A stretch of 56,052 nt of DNA. Source: a virus. Taxonomy: Duplodnaviria; Caudoviricetes. The translations under genes were made by a program, and so were the position numbers. The stretch is from positions 1 through 56,052 of IMG/VR virus record IMGVR_UViG_3300005764_000021. One strand, given 5' to 3'. How positions within the stretch are numbered: position 1 is the first letter of the stretch; each line of letters starts with the position of its first letter. Under the pieces are notes generated by a model. The model searched no databases, was not told where the DNA came from, and was given only the letters and a program-made list of their open reading frames with translations. Of this stretch, positions 16,361 to 26,826 are shown piece by piece.

Positions 16361-18019
16361 TCAGCCGAAGAATGTTGCGGTCGAGACGACGTTCCAGAAT
16401 CCGGTGCCGCCGTTCACGGCGACCATCGTCCAGAAGTTATGGATGCCCTCGCTGACTCGAGTGGCACCGCTCGCCGCCACCGCTGTGCTGGTGTTGGGCG
16501 CGGCCATGCCGACCTCGCTGTCGTAGCCCAGCACATTGGTTGTGCCGTCCATCGTGATCATCGTGTAACAAGAGGCTATGTTCGTGTTGTAGGTGTTGCC
16601 CGAAACCTCGAACCAAACTTCCTCGTCTCCCCAATCCAGGAAGAAAACTTGCGGATTGCCCTGAGTCCAAGATGTGCTCGACGTGCTGAGACCGATGGCA
16701 TTGGCTTGCACGACACGCTGGCGACGATTGAACCAACTGAGCACGCCACGTTGCGTGGGCGCGTCGTTGAAAGCGGGACCGGCAAACACGTAGACCTTGC
16801 CCACCAGAGACCTCGTCGAGTCGCCGGATTTGACCTCGACACCATCGTTCCCGGCCGTCGTGTCGCTCACGTGCGCCGTCGCGCTGAAGTCCAGGGCCAT
16901 CGTGGCCCCGTTCATCCAGGCAAACACGTTGTAGGTGGTCCCGGCGACGAGCGCCTGAGAGGCAACGCCATTGAGAAAGCAACTTGTCGGGTTTGCTGAC
17001 ACTCCAGCGGATGGAATGTCGTAGAGCGCGCCATTTATTTTTAGCTTGCTGCCGTCCTGGCGGTTCAAAACAATTTGCGTTGCGCTCTGAAATTTCAATC
17101 GGCACTGTCCGGCTCCAACCACGACAGGCAACGGCGGTGGATTCCAAGTGCCGTCAGCCCGCAAATAATTCGTGGTGCCGCCGCCGCTCGCGGGCACGTC
17201 ACCGTTGAGCGTAGGCGAGAACACCACACCGCTAACGGTTATGTTGCCGGTTGCCGCTGAAACGAGAATGCCAGTGCCAGCAACAACCGAGAGCGTGCCG
17301 GTCAGCCCGTTGAGCGATTGGACACCGGAACCCGCTGGCGGCGGCGCAGCCCACGAGCCGTCGGCTCTGAGGAAATTCGTTGTGCCGCCCGCGCTCGCTG
17401 GCGTCAGGCCTTTGAGCGTTGCGGTGAACAGACCGAGGGCGGCGGTGAGCTGCACCGGGGTTTGCTCGCCGAGCGTGCCTCCGTTGTCGAAGAGATAACT
17501 TGCCGAAGCGCCACCGGTGATCGGGCTTGAACCGACGCCCAAGGTCACGCTGGTGGGGGGAGCTGCCCAAGTACCATCAGCTCTAAGGAAATTAGTTGTG
17601 CCGCCGCCGCTCGCCGGTGCCAATCCTTTCAGCGTACCCGAAAAGACACCGAGCGTGGCCGTGACCTGCGTCGGCGTTTGCTCGCCTAATACACCAGCAT
17701 TGTCGAACAAGAAGTTGCCCGATGCGCCACCAGTGATCGGGTTTGTGCCGACCGTCAGAGTTAAATTCGTGGGAGGGACCGCCCAGGTCCCATCCGCTCT
17801 GAGGAAGTTTACTGTGCCGCCGGTCGAGCTGCTGGCGACAAAGGTCGTTACCTGCACCGGAGTCAGCTCTTGAGCCGCACCGTCGCTCGTCAGCCGCCCC
17901 ATCATGCGGTTCGCAGCGAGCGTCAGGTTGTGCTGGGCATTCCATTCATTAGTCCCAACGGGACTAACCGCGTCATCTGGAACGGCGACGACGGTGCTGT
18001 GTGTGAGCGAGATTGTCAT
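16361..18019 (-). CDS. tail fibre protein with internal repeats
   Basis: Four GGTxN(F/Y)LRADG(T/S)W motifs; ~72-aa tandem duplication; VQSLNGLTG motif. Confidence 0.75.
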   Translation of the reverse strand: MTISLTHSTVVAVPDDAVSPVGTNEWNAQHNLTLAANRMMGRLTSDGAAQELTPVQVTTFVASSSTGGTVNFLRADGTWAVPPTNLTLTVGTNPITGGASGNFLFDNAGVLGEQTPTQVTATLGVFSGTLKGLAPASGGGTTNFLRADGTWAAPPTSVTLGVGSSPITGGASASYLFDNGGTLGEQTPVQLTAALGLFTATLKGLTPASAGGTTNFLRADGSWAAPPPAGSGVQSLNGLTGTLSVVAGTGILVSAATGNITVSGVVFSPTLNGDVPASGGGTTNYLRADGTWNPPPLPVVVGAGQCRLKFQSATQIVLNRQDGSKLKINGALYDIPSAGVSANPTSCFLNGVASQALVAGTTYNVFAWMNGATMALDFSATAHVSDTTAGNDGVEVKSGDSTRSLVGKVYVFAGPAFNDAPTQRGVLSWFNRRQRVVQANAIGLSTSSTSWTQGNPQVFFLDWGDEEVWFEVSGNTYNTNIASCYTMITMDGTTNVLGYDSEVGMAAPNTSTAVAASGATRVSEGIHNFWTMVAVNGGTGFWNVVSTATFFG

Positions 18020-18026
18020 GGCGCAT

Positions 18027-19106
18027 TCACTCGTAGATGACGTTGCCGAGCACGGGTAAGTATCCGTTCGTCGGCGGCCCTATGGTCGTGAAGGTCAACT
18101 CGTGATGTTCCTCGCCGTCGGCCGAGGAGATCGCCTCGTCGATGCGCGAGCGGTAGACGGTGTCGCCCGGAGCGAATGTGAGCATCTCGTCCTTAAGTGC
18201 TGCTACGATGTTCGCTCGTGTTGTGGAATCGTCAGTCACGAGCTGGGTAATCGGCCCGACGTCAACCGGCCACGGGATCGGCGCAACAACAAAGCAATCC
18301 TTGACGGCGACCGGGCGCACGCTGTCGATGTAGGTCTTGACGGTGTCCACATCGCCGGGCTGCGGGAAACCGCCGTAAGCCGAGCGCAAATCGTCCATCA
18401 TAAATCTAACGGTGATCGTCCCGACGCCTTGCTCTAGCGGAAAGGCCCACGCACGCGTCACGCCAGGAACCGCCAAAGTCCAAGCGACAAAGTCCCTGGC
18501 ATCTCCGCCCATTGGTGGCTGTTGGATGCGCAGCAAGACACGTGCGCGAAGATCGTCGTCGTTCTCTTCGTCGACGCCGCCGCTGATATCGACAACGGTC
18601 ACCGCGTTATCGACACCAGCGAGCACGCTGCCGACTGTAAGCGTGTCGCCTTCGAGGCGATTGCCAATGATGCCAGGATCGAGCGCCCGGACGGTCCCAT
18701 TGGTTGGCCCCGAACCGATTGTCACGACCTCGGTGGTCTCATAAGCGGAGGTCGTGCCGCTGTAGCCAAGCTGAGTCGACAACGGTACGACCGCGCCTGC
18801 AGTGCCGGTAAAGGTCACCATTCCTTGCGCCAGCGTCGCGCCCTTGCGGCCAGTCGTGCCGTCCGCATTTTTCAACCATATGTCCGCATGCCGATCTAGG
18901 AATTCATGTTCCGCGCTGTCCGGCAAAAGTTGCAGTGAGAGCCACTCGACGAATTGAAGCGTGAGATGACACAGCGCGCCCATTGCATCCGAAATGACGC
19001 GCAGCACGCTATTCGGCACGGAGGCATCAGCCCCGGGCAGATTGCCGCGAATGGCATCGCGCACCAGCGACCGCACGGTCTTGAGATCGGGCGTCGACCA
19101 CGGCAT
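18027..19106 (-). CDS. baseplate J / Mu gp47-like protein
   Basis: QLLPDSAEHEFLDRHA, GGVDEENDDDLRARVL, PPMGG, WTLAVPGVTRAW. Confidence 0.95.
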   Translation of the reverse strand: MPWSTPDLKTVRSLVRDAIRGNLPGADASVPNSVLRVISDAMGALCHLTLQFVEWLSLQLLPDSAEHEFLDRHADIWLKNADGTTGRKGATLAQGMVTFTGTAGAVVPLSTQLGYSGTTSAYETTEVVTIGSGPTNGTVRALDPGIIGNRLEGDTLTVGSVLAGVDNAVTVVDISGGVDEENDDDLRARVLLRIQQPPMGGDARDFVAWTLAVPGVTRAWAFPLEQGVGTITVRFMMDDLRSAYGGFPQPGDVDTVKTYIDSVRPVAVKDCFVVAPIPWPVDVGPITQLVTDDSTTRANIVAALKDEMLTFAPGDTVYRSRIDEAISSADGEEHHELTFTTIGPPTNGYLPVLGNVIYE

Positions 19107-19129
19107 CGAAAGTCTCGAAGGCTAGCTGA

Positions 19130-19687
19130 TCATGGACCGCCGAACGGCGGCGTCCCGGTGAAGAACTCACTCAGCGGCTGGCCGGTAATTTCAGACCAGA
19201 GGATTTGATAGCGCAGTTCGATTTCCAACAATGGCCCGCGATAGATGCGCACTACGGCGTTGATCTGTTCACGCGCGACGCGCGAGGCCCAAACATCCAT
19301 GCGGCTTCCGATGCGACGGTCGAGGAACGGCTGGATCGCCGAACGAATGTAATGTTCGACCCGCGTCACCGTCGCTCCCTGCATCGATTCGGCCCCGACG
19401 ATCTTGTCGCGCTTCAACAGCCAAAGCTTGCATCCGATATCCCAGCCATCCCAGATTTCCTCGGCATCTAAATTTGCCCACCAGCCTGCGCGGTCGACGG
19501 AGTCAGGATCCGGCAAGACATCGGAGATTGCCGCGAGCCCATCGGTGCCGAGCGCGACGATGACTGCCGTGGCAAGCGCCTGGGTCTCGTCGAGCGTGCC
19601 ATCGCCGAGTAGCGACCAGTCCATCGTGACTGAGTACGCTGGCGCGTTCGGGAAGATCGCGTTCTGGACGAGGCGGATGTCGGGCAT
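19130..19687 (-). CDS. Mu gp46-like baseplate protein
   Basis: LATAVIVALGTD, RAGWWA, GCKLWLLKRDK. Confidence 0.9.
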   Translation of the reverse strand: MPDIRLVQNAIFPNAPAYSVTMDWSLLGDGTLDETQALATAVIVALGTDGLAAISDVLPDPDSVDRAGWWANLDAEEIWDGWDIGCKLWLLKRDKIVGAESMQGATVTRVEHYIRSAIQPFLDRRIGSRMDVWASRVAREQINAVVRIYRGPLLEIELRYQILWSEITGQPLSEFFTGTPPFGGP

Positions 19688-19693
19688 TTTTTT

Positions 19694-22099
19694 TCAGTAG
19701 AACTCCCGCACGATGATGACGCCAGCCGCTCCATTTCCGCCCGCGCCGACATTGAGGGCTGCAGCAGGACCCGTTCCACCTGCGCCGACAGAATAGGAAT
19801 AAGTCGCGGAGGGTGAATTGATCCACCACTTTACAGCGCCACCGGAGGACCCGCCCGCACCAGGATTGGTAGTAGCAGCAGTAGAGGCGTAACCTCCGCC
19901 GCCGCCAGCGCCAGTGTTCGCAGCAGCGTTGGTGCCTCCCCTAACCTGCCCGCCGCCGCCAGCACCACCAAAGATGGTAGCCCCGCCAGGACTTCCGGCG
20001 CAGTTCACGCCCCCAACAAGCGTCCCTCCGTCCGTTCCCCATCCGCCAGTGATGTTCTGCGTACCTCCGCTTGCTGTGCCAGGAGTACCGGCCGTGTAAT
20101 TGTTGGGACTTGCTCCGCCGCCACCAGCCGTTGCCGAGCCGAATGTTGTATTACCGCCTGCTGTCCCGGCGACACCACTACATCCGCTCGCACCGCCGCC
20201 AACCAGCGTCACTTCGAGCCGCCGACAAACAGGTGACGTTGGCGTCGTGTAAGTGCCGCTGCCGGACAGGAATATCTGTTGTGTCGGCAGCGCTGGAGCT
20301 GCGCCTCCAGGTGGCGCAGCGAAAGTGCCGTCAGCTCTCAGATAGTTTGTCGTGCCGCCGCCGCTCGCAGGCACAAGACCTTGCAGCGTGCTCGAAAATA
20401 CATTGAGCATCGCAGTCGCCACAGTGCCCGATATGTCGCCGACGTTGCCGGTTGAGGCGCTCGGATTAGCCTTGAACGAGTTCGGTGGAGCTGTGGCCAG
20501 TTTGGCGTTGGTCACCGCATTGGGCGCGATGGTCGCCGTGATGGCCGTCGCACCCGATCCGGTGACATCGCCCGAAAGCGTGACGATCTGGTTAGCGGTT
20601 AGATAGCCTTGCGCCACCGCAGCGGTGACTAAGCCTTTCGCGTTAACCGTGATGCCTTGGAAGGTCCCGATGTTGGAGTTGACCGTCGCAAGCGTGGTTG
20701 CGAGCGCACCGCCCGCAGTCGTCACATCGCCGGTCAACGCAGGGAAGCGCGCCGCCGCGAGTAGACCGGTCCAGCCAAGCGTGAGGACTTGGCTCGCAAT
20801 GCTGCCCGTGACGTTGGTGTCGTTGACGACAGCTTGAACAACGTTCGCATTGAGCCGCGTCGCGGCGAGCGTTCCCGTCCAGCCCACCGTGACCGAGGTC
20901 GCTTGCAACAATGCGGTTGCTGGCGTTCCGCCGAGCGTCAGCGTGACGTTGGTATCGTTGACAGCTGTTAACGCTGCCGGGGTGAGGAGCGGCTGAAAGC
21001 TTGCTGCGAGGTTAACCCAGGCGTTGTTGCTGCGGCCATAAATAATACTCCCGGCTTGGAAATTGTCAGCCGCTCCGCTGCGGCAATGAATGCCAGGAAA
21101 GCCGCTGGCATAAGTCGTATCGGTGACACTTGGTTGATCTACTCCGTCGACGCTGCCGGTCAGCGTACTGCCGACAACCCGCAGTTTTAAGATCGAGCCG
21201 CTGTTGACTGGGGCGTTATTGCTCGCAAGTGCGGTCCAGGTTCCATTGTCGCAACGAAAATAAGCAACTTGGGCAGGGGTTGTTAATGGATAACCGATGA
21301 ACACATAGAAGCTTGAGCGGCCACTTCCTTGATGTCGCACCACGACGCCAGCAGTGGAGTAGCCAGTAATGCCGCCGATGATTGTCGCCTGTGCATACTG
21401 GTCGTTTGGAAACGGAGCACCGCTATAGAACGAAACAAAATTAATGTTGGTTGGCGACGATACGACCTGATTGCCCGAAATCTGCAAACTGCCGCCCTGC
21501 GACACGGCAAGGTCCGATGAATCCGTCCAGTTTGCGCCCAGGCCACCATTGGCGCGATTGAAATCATCGGTGATCGAACTCGGCGCATCGGGAATGCCGC
21601 CACCACCACCCGGCGGCGTTGCCCAAGTACCGTCGGCTCTCAGGTAATTCACCGTCCCGCCGCCGCTCGACGGCGCGAGCCCGTTCACTGTCGATGTAAA
21701 AATGGCCGTTGATGCGCGTGAAGTATCGGTTGGATGGATGTGATCGTTACGAGCATACGTCGTGCCGGTTCCGACAGCGGCGGTGCCGTCCATCGCGGGC
21801 GTGGTCGTCGAGGGCGCGGGAATATTGAGTATGGAAGTGTTGATTCCTTGAATGTGCGTGGCATCGATCCACTGCGCGAGTTGGCCGTTGACCGGCGTGC
21901 CTGAATTCGAGACGTTGCCACCACCGGCACCGGCAGTCACAACCGCGATGACGCTCGCTGCCGCTGCTGGCGTTCCGCCCTTGCCATAATAGAGCGTGTT
22001 GTCCTGCTCGTTGAAAGCAAGCTCGGCGTTCGCCAGCCCAGCGGGTGGCCCGGCAGCACCTCCTGCCGCACGGCGCTTGATGCGGATGGTGTTGACCAT
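19694..22099 (-). CDS. long modular tail fibre (801 aa): Mtd-N-like N-terminus, beta-sandwich insert, C-terminal glycine-rich domain
   Basis: TIRIKRR...LANAELAFNE...LYYG; YARNDHIHP; DDFNRANG; VTLVGGG...GAAGVIIVREFY. Confidence 0.8.
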   Translation of the reverse strand: MVNTIRIKRRAAGGAAGPPAGLANAELAFNEQDNTLYYGKGGTPAAAASVIAVVTAGAGGGNVSNSGTPVNGQLAQWIDATHIQGINTSILNIPAPSTTTPAMDGTAAVGTGTTYARNDHIHPTDTSRASTAIFTSTVNGLAPSSGGGTVNYLRADGTWATPPGGGGGIPDAPSSITDDFNRANGGLGANWTDSSDLAVSQGGSLQISGNQVVSSPTNINFVSFYSGAPFPNDQYAQATIIGGITGYSTAGVVVRHQGSGRSSFYVFIGYPLTTPAQVAYFRCDNGTWTALASNNAPVNSGSILKLRVVGSTLTGSVDGVDQPSVTDTTYASGFPGIHCRSGAADNFQAGSIIYGRSNNAWVNLAASFQPLLTPAALTAVNDTNVTLTLGGTPATALLQATSVTVGWTGTLAATRLNANVVQAVVNDTNVTGSIASQVLTLGWTGLLAAARFPALTGDVTTAGGALATTLATVNSNIGTFQGITVNAKGLVTAAVAQGYLTANQIVTLSGDVTGSGATAITATIAPNAVTNAKLATAPPNSFKANPSASTGNVGDISGTVATAMLNVFSSTLQGLVPASGGGTTNYLRADGTFAAPPGGAAPALPTQQIFLSGSGTYTTPTSPVCRRLEVTLVGGGASGCSGVAGTAGGNTTFGSATAGGGGASPNNYTAGTPGTASGGTQNITGGWGTDGGTLVGGVNCAGSPGGATIFGGAGGGGQVRGGTNAAANTGAGGGGGYASTAATTNPGAGGSSGGAVKWWINSPSATYSYSVGAGGTGPAAALNVGAGGNGAAGVIIVREFY

Positions 22100-24327
22100 C
22101 AGAAAAGCCCGCCGTCAAAAACGATGCCATCGATGCCGCCCCCGCTAATCGCGACTGCGTTGGCATTTTGGCTCGCCATCGTTCCAAGGCTGAGCCAACC
22201 GGTGTCGTAATCGGTGGCTGTATTCTTCGCGAGCATTTGCCCTGCGCCGCCGCCCGGCGGAACGCCGACGCCAGCGGGCCCTGCAGGACCTGTTGCTCCC
22301 GCTGTGCCAGGTACACCTTGCGGGCCGGTCGCGCCGGTCGCGCCTTGCGGACCTGCAGGACCTGCAGGACCTGTAGCACCTGTGGGACCTGCTGGACCTG
22401 TGGGGCCCGGAGGGCCACCAGGAGTACCGGCGGGGCCTTGTGGGCCAGGAGGGCCGGGAATGCCGGGCGCTCCCGCTGGGCCAGGCGCACCTGATGGACC
22501 TGCCGGGCCCGGAGCGGCTGCGCCGTACTCGGTGATGATGCAGATGCCGTCGCTGCCGCGACCGCCGTTCAAGCCGATTGGTTGATTGTTAGCGTGCGCG
22601 CCGCTGCCGCCGCTGCCGTAGTTGCGCCCATCAACCGCAGCGACGTAGCCGCCGGAACCAGCCCAGGCGATTCCGAGCGAAGCGCCGCCGCCGAAGATTG
22701 AGCTGCCGCCGCTGCCGCCCGAGGCTTGAATTGGATACGTCGTATCACCGGCAAACCCGGCCTGTCCCGGTTCGCCTGCTGCCGTAAAATCGCCAATGCC
22801 CGGAGCGCCGCCGGGGCCTGCTGAGTAGCCATTCGGTGCGCCACCGCCGTGGGCAAGACAAAGCGTACCGACGCTGGTATCGCCGCCCGGCGTACCCGGT
22901 CCTGCACCTGATCCAGGTATCACGCCGGGCGCGCCACCGACGCCGACGGTGACGTACTGCCCTGTGCCAATCTGCGCGGCAGATGCAAACTTCCTCGAAT
23001 AGCCGCCAGCGCCGCCGCCCGCGCTGATGCCCAACAAATTGACATCGCCAACGAGTCCCGCACCGCCTGCGCCAGCTCCGACGCATTCGATCACGCAGGA
23101 GAGCATGCCCGCACTGGGCGTGTAATTCCGCGAGTAGGTGAAGACCTGGACGCCGACGATCACCGAGCCGGGCGCAGTACCGTCGGTCGTCGCTGGCCTC
23201 ACGCTTAGCTTGCCGTCGGCCGTGACGGTGAGCGAGTTGTCATGATCGAGAAAGAGAAAGCCGTTGGCGAAAGGTGCCGGTCGATCTTCCCGCATCGCCG
23301 CCAAATTGGCCTCGATTTCTGCCGCCGATGCCCCGGCGATTTTCACCGGGTCTTTGACGTTCATCGATAGGTTGGCGTCGTTGCTGATGTTGAACGGCGG
23401 CGACGCGTAGTGCGGAGCTGGTCCGCCTTGTTGCGGATTGGTTTGACCTCCGCCGCTATCGGTACAGCTCTTGATCTTGATCGGCTTTGAGGACCAGCAT
23501 CCGCCATCGACCCAGATGTTTGCCCCGCTGTGGTGGATATGCGTATGCGAGCTGTCGCAGAGCGTCGATTTGTCGATGTCTTTGTAGTGCGTCGTGACCT
23601 GGTTGTCGGTGACGTTGACGTTGCCGTTGCCACGCAGCGTATGCACGGCATCCTTGGTCATATCGACGTAGGTGCTCGAGTCCTCCTTGTGCAGTGTCTT
23701 CTGTCCGGTCGGCTTGCTTTGTCCTTGCGTTCCATCGCTATTAGTCTGACCGCCGCCGTCACCAGCTCGCGCCGTAATCTCGAATGTCTCGATATCGAAT
23801 TCGACGCCTGACTTTGACCTGAAGCTGCGCGCGAGCTTCTGTCCCGGCTGTTGTTGCTGCGTTTGTCCGTTCTTGTTCTCGACTAACTGGAAGCGCATTT
23901 TCTTTTCGGTATTGCCGGTCATGAACATGCCGGTGTCGGTGTTCAAAAACTGCTGCCCCCATTCCTTGAGGCCGAATAGCGCGGTCGCTCCTTTGGCGGC
24001 ATCCTTTGCAAGATTGAGCAATCGATGGCGGCGGTCGTCCATGACGCCAGCGACTGGAAAGCTCCGATTGCCGCCGATGAAGCTCATGAAGCCCTCGGCA
24101 GCTTGTTGGATTATGCCGGGATTTCCGCTCTTCCTCGCGTCGGCAACGACGGACGTAAAACCGTAATTCTGCGGCGCTTCGGAGGAGGGCCACGATTCGC
24201 CCTTCATGCCGGTCGGATTAACGGTCTCCTGCATCAAGTGCTCATCGGCAATCGTGTCGATGAGCGTGCGCGCACCACCGGAGCTATAGCCGCGAAACGC
24301 AATGTCGTAGGGGTTTGATCTGTGCAT
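22099..24327 (-). CDS. Mu gp45-like baseplate spike with long C-terminal extension (Gly-rich + collagen)
   Basis: [16 protein letters not shown]...DDRRHR gp45 motifs; HTHIHH; position after the gp44-like gene. Confidence 0.85.
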   Translation of the reverse strand: MHRSNPYDIAFRGYSSGGARTLIDTIADEHLMQETVNPTGMKGESWPSSEAPQNYGFTSVVADARKSGNPGIIQQAAEGFMSFIGGNRSFPVAGVMDDRRHRLLNLAKDAAKGATALFGLKEWGQQFLNTDTGMFMTGNTEKKMRFQLVENKNGQTQQQQPGQKLARSFRSKSGVEFDIETFEITARAGDGGGQTNSDGTQGQSKPTGQKTLHKEDSSTYVDMTKDAVHTLRGNGNVNVTDNQVTTHYKDIDKSTLCDSSHTHIHHSGANIWVDGGCWSSKPIKIKSCTDSGGGQTNPQQGGPAPHYASPPFNISNDANLSMNVKDPVKIAGASAAEIEANLAAMREDRPAPFANGFLFLDHDNSLTVTADGKLSVRPATTDGTAPGSVIVGVQVFTYSRNYTPSAGMLSCVIECVGAGAGGAGLVGDVNLLGISAGGGAGGYSRKFASAAQIGTGQYVTVGVGGAPGVIPGSGAGPGTPGGDTSVGTLCLAHGGGAPNGYSAGPGGAPGIGDFTAAGEPGQAGFAGDTTYPIQASGGSGGSSIFGGGASLGIAWAGSGGYVAAVDGRNYGSGGSGAHANNQPIGLNGGRGSDGICIITEYGAAAPGPAGPSGAPGPAGAPGIPGPPGPQGPAGTPGGPPGPTGPAGPTGATGPAGPAGPQGATGATGPQGVPGTAGATGPAGPAGVGVPPGGGAGQMLAKNTATDYDTGWLSLGTMASQNANAVAISGGGIDGIVFDGGLF

Positions 24328-25559
24328 TAGGGAAAGACGATACCGCTGTGGGTAAACTGATCATCGGGGAGTGTTTCCGGCGGCGAGTCCGGCACCGGCT
24401 GCGCTGGCGCGGCCTGATTAGGTCCTGCGGGCGACGTCGCCTTCGGTGTCATTTGGAAACCAGTGTATTTGAGCCGCTCTGGATTGACCAAATCGAGCGT
24501 TGTGCGCGAGCCTCTTTCCCGATCCTGCTCGTAAGTCACAGAACGAACACCCATGACTTTATCCTTCAGCATTCCCATCGGCGTATTGACTGTCACGAGC
24601 TGGCGTGCCCGCCAGAGATCGCCAGTGCGCGGATTAAACCAGCCGTTGACGACGATGGTCGCGGTGATCTCTTCGCCGTTTCCCCACATAGCTTCGTGAT
24701 CCGCACGCAATTGAACTTCGGTTAGGTCTTTCACCGGGTGTTCCAGCGGCACGAATAATGGGCTGTAGCGGTTTAGAAGACCGGCAGCCTTTGCCATCTG
24801 CTCGGAGGCATTCGCCATATTTTCTTGATCGTCCGCGATCTTCTGGCCTTCGGCCCAGAACCAATCGCGCGCGGCCTCATCGCTGATGACGATTTGCGCG
24901 CTGAGAATATTGAAGCCCTCTACAAGGTCACCAGTGGGTCGGCCGCTTTGTTCACCGATCATCAACCAATGCCCATCTGTTGTCGAACCGACGAGCACAT
25001 TACGATCCTTGGCGAGGCGTTCTAGAAAGCTGAAGATTGTCTCTCCGGGTTGCGCGACCACATACGGCTCAAATTTCTTTTCGCTGATGTTGCCGACGAA
25101 TTCAGGTTTGACTCCTGTTGGTTTAAGGACTTTTTCCGTGATCTCGCGCAACGACATGTGCTCAAATTTCGTATCCGGCGGAATGATGCTCGCCCGCGCC
25201 GCGAACCACGAGCTGCCGATGCCTTGCAGACTGACGCCATGATTGTTGGCATCGTAGGCGACCTGGCGGACAATGATGGTGCCGGTGAGGGCGCGGATGT
25301 TGGCAAGATAGATGACGACATTGTCACGCGGCTTCAATTGCAGCTTGGCCCAAGGAATTGGGCCCGGCTCGGGCGGCGGGATCGGCTCACGTTCCGCGCA
25401 AGTGAAACGAAACTCGGCGTAAGGCACCTCCACCTGGTCGCGCAACCAGACCGTTTCCCAATCGGAATAATAGACACCGTTGACATCAATCGTCGCTCGT
25501 TCCTCGAATTTGCTGTACGGCGACGTCGGCTGAGTGAAGTATGAACCAGTAAACGTCAT
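24327..25559 (-). CDS. Mu gp44-like baseplate hub protein
   Basis: [28 protein letters not shown]...GDLWR. Confidence 0.9.
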   Translation of the reverse strand: MTFTGSYFTQPTSPYSKFEERATIDVNGVYYSDWETVWLRDQVEVPYAEFRFTCAEREPIPPPEPGPIPWAKLQLKPRDNVVIYLANIRALTGTIIVRQVAYDANNHGVSLQGIGSSWFAARASIIPPDTKFEHMSLREITEKVLKPTGVKPEFVGNISEKKFEPYVVAQPGETIFSFLERLAKDRNVLVGSTTDGHWLMIGEQSGRPTGDLVEGFNILSAQIVISDEAARDWFWAEGQKIADDQENMANASEQMAKAAGLLNRYSPLFVPLEHPVKDLTEVQLRADHEAMWGNGEEITATIVVNGWFNPRTGDLWRARQLVTVNTPMGMLKDKVMGVRSVTYEQDRERGSRTTLDLVNPERLKYTGFQMTPKATSPAGPNQAAPAQPVPDSPPETLPDDQFTHSGIVFP

Positions 25560-26228
25560 TTAGCCTGACAATCCCCGGCCCGCCCGCCGCATGAACAGTG
25601 GGTGCACAACCTTGTTCTCGGCCCGCAGCTCGTCGGCGCGACTGGCATCGGCATAGAGCCGATAGGCGGCAGTCAGCGTCGTCATCGTTTGCACGAATTG
25701 AAAGTTCAGCAGGCGCGGCAATGGTCGTGCCGTTTCAACCAGATGGTTGATGACCGCTGCATGCAATCCAACAAGCGCCTGATAGGTCGTCTGCGCCATC
25801 TCGTCGGCCGCGATCTCTTCCGCCGGTGCAAAGGCGGCATTCATGTTCTCCTTCGTCAACTCGACATCACCACGACTGGTGAAAATGATATCGGCAATCA
25901 CGCGCGCCTCGGTCGCCAGCGCAAAGCGGATCAGCGCGTTCTGAACCAGCGTCGCTCCGACCGACACCGGAGCCTCGGCCTCGGCAGCAGCTCGCACGAT
26001 TGCAAGCTTTCGCTGCGGTATGCCGGTCATTCGAGCAAGACGGAAAATGTTGTCCAACGGCAGCCCGGCGCTATCGGTTCGAATCAACTCGTAGGCGTTG
26101 GCCAAAAAGTCTCCGATTGCGGTGCGCAGATCGGAGCCGGGACGTCCGCGCGCGGGGGCCTGCGTCAATAGTTCGGTGAGTACCCGTCGGCAGATCGGGA
26201 CCGCTTCCTTGGCGTCATCTTGGAACAT
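25560..26228 (-). CDS. C-terminal part of Mu gp43/N-like DNA circularisation protein
   Basis: AYRLYADASRADELRAENKVVHPLFM C-terminal motif. Confidence 0.85.
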   Translation of the reverse strand: MFQDDAKEAVPICRRVLTELLTQAPARGRPGSDLRTAIGDFLANAYELIRTDSAGLPLDNIFRLARMTGIPQRKLAIVRAAAEAEAPVSVGATLVQNALIRFALATEARVIADIIFTSRGDVELTKENMNAAFAPAEEIAADEMAQTTYQALVGLHAAVINHLVETARPLPRLLNFQFVQTMTTLTAAYRLYADASRADELRAENKVVHPLFMRRAGRGLSG

Positions 26229-26826
26229 TTTGCGAGATCGCTTCCGGGGCTAATCCTTTTTTAGCAAGCGCCGCCAACGTATCGGCTCTCAGTGTTTCCG
26301 ATTGAGCGACTAGGTTCTGGTAGCTCGACGGTGTCGGATTGAACGGCGGCACGCCGAGCTCGACGAAGCTCATATCGAACACGCAGTACCCGCCGAGCCT
26401 CTCCTCCTCGGTCAAGCGATAGCGCGTACACACAACGATCATCGGGTCTTGCAAGGGGAGCTGCAACGATCCTGGCTGTCCGGTCTCGAGCCGGAACTTG
26501 AGATTGTCGCGCGCATAAGTGTAATTGCGCTGGTAGAGCGGGCTCGCTGTCTCCGTCACGAACTGAATGAGATATCCGCGCACCGAGAACTCGGTGGCTC
26601 TCTTGCCCATGTCTTCACTGTACGGGAAATCTTTTTTCGGAAATTCGTGCGTTACGATGCGACGGCCGTTATCTCGACTACCCGACTCACAGTGAAACTG
26701 GAAGCCGTCGAAATGCGCAGGCAACAGTCGTTGCCGCCAGCCCGAACCGGGATATTGCAAAAACTGACCTTGCAGCGGCTCGGCCCGCAGCGGGTTCGCC
26801 AGATCGCGAATGGTGCTAACGGCCAT
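26215..26826 (-). CDS. DNA circularisation N-terminal domain protein (Mu gp43/N-like)
   Basis: WRQRLLPAHFDGFQF...GRRIVTHEFPKKD...EDMGK...FDMSFVE. Confidence 0.9.
   Translation of the reverse strand: MAVSTIRDLANPLRAEPLQGQFLQYPGSGWRQRLLPAHFDGFQFHCESGSRDNGRRIVTHEFPKKDFPYSEDMGKRATEFSVRGYLIQFVTETASPLYQRNYTYARDNLKFRLETGQPGSLQLPLQDPMIVVCTRYRLTEEERLGGYCVFDMSFVELGVPPFNPTPSSYQNLVAQSETLRADTLAALAKKGLAPEAISQNVPR

Noticed and set aside
12230-24327. Diversity-generating retroelement acting on fibre genes
   Set aside because: No reverse transcriptase in the window and no template/variable repeat pair differing only at adenines was seen
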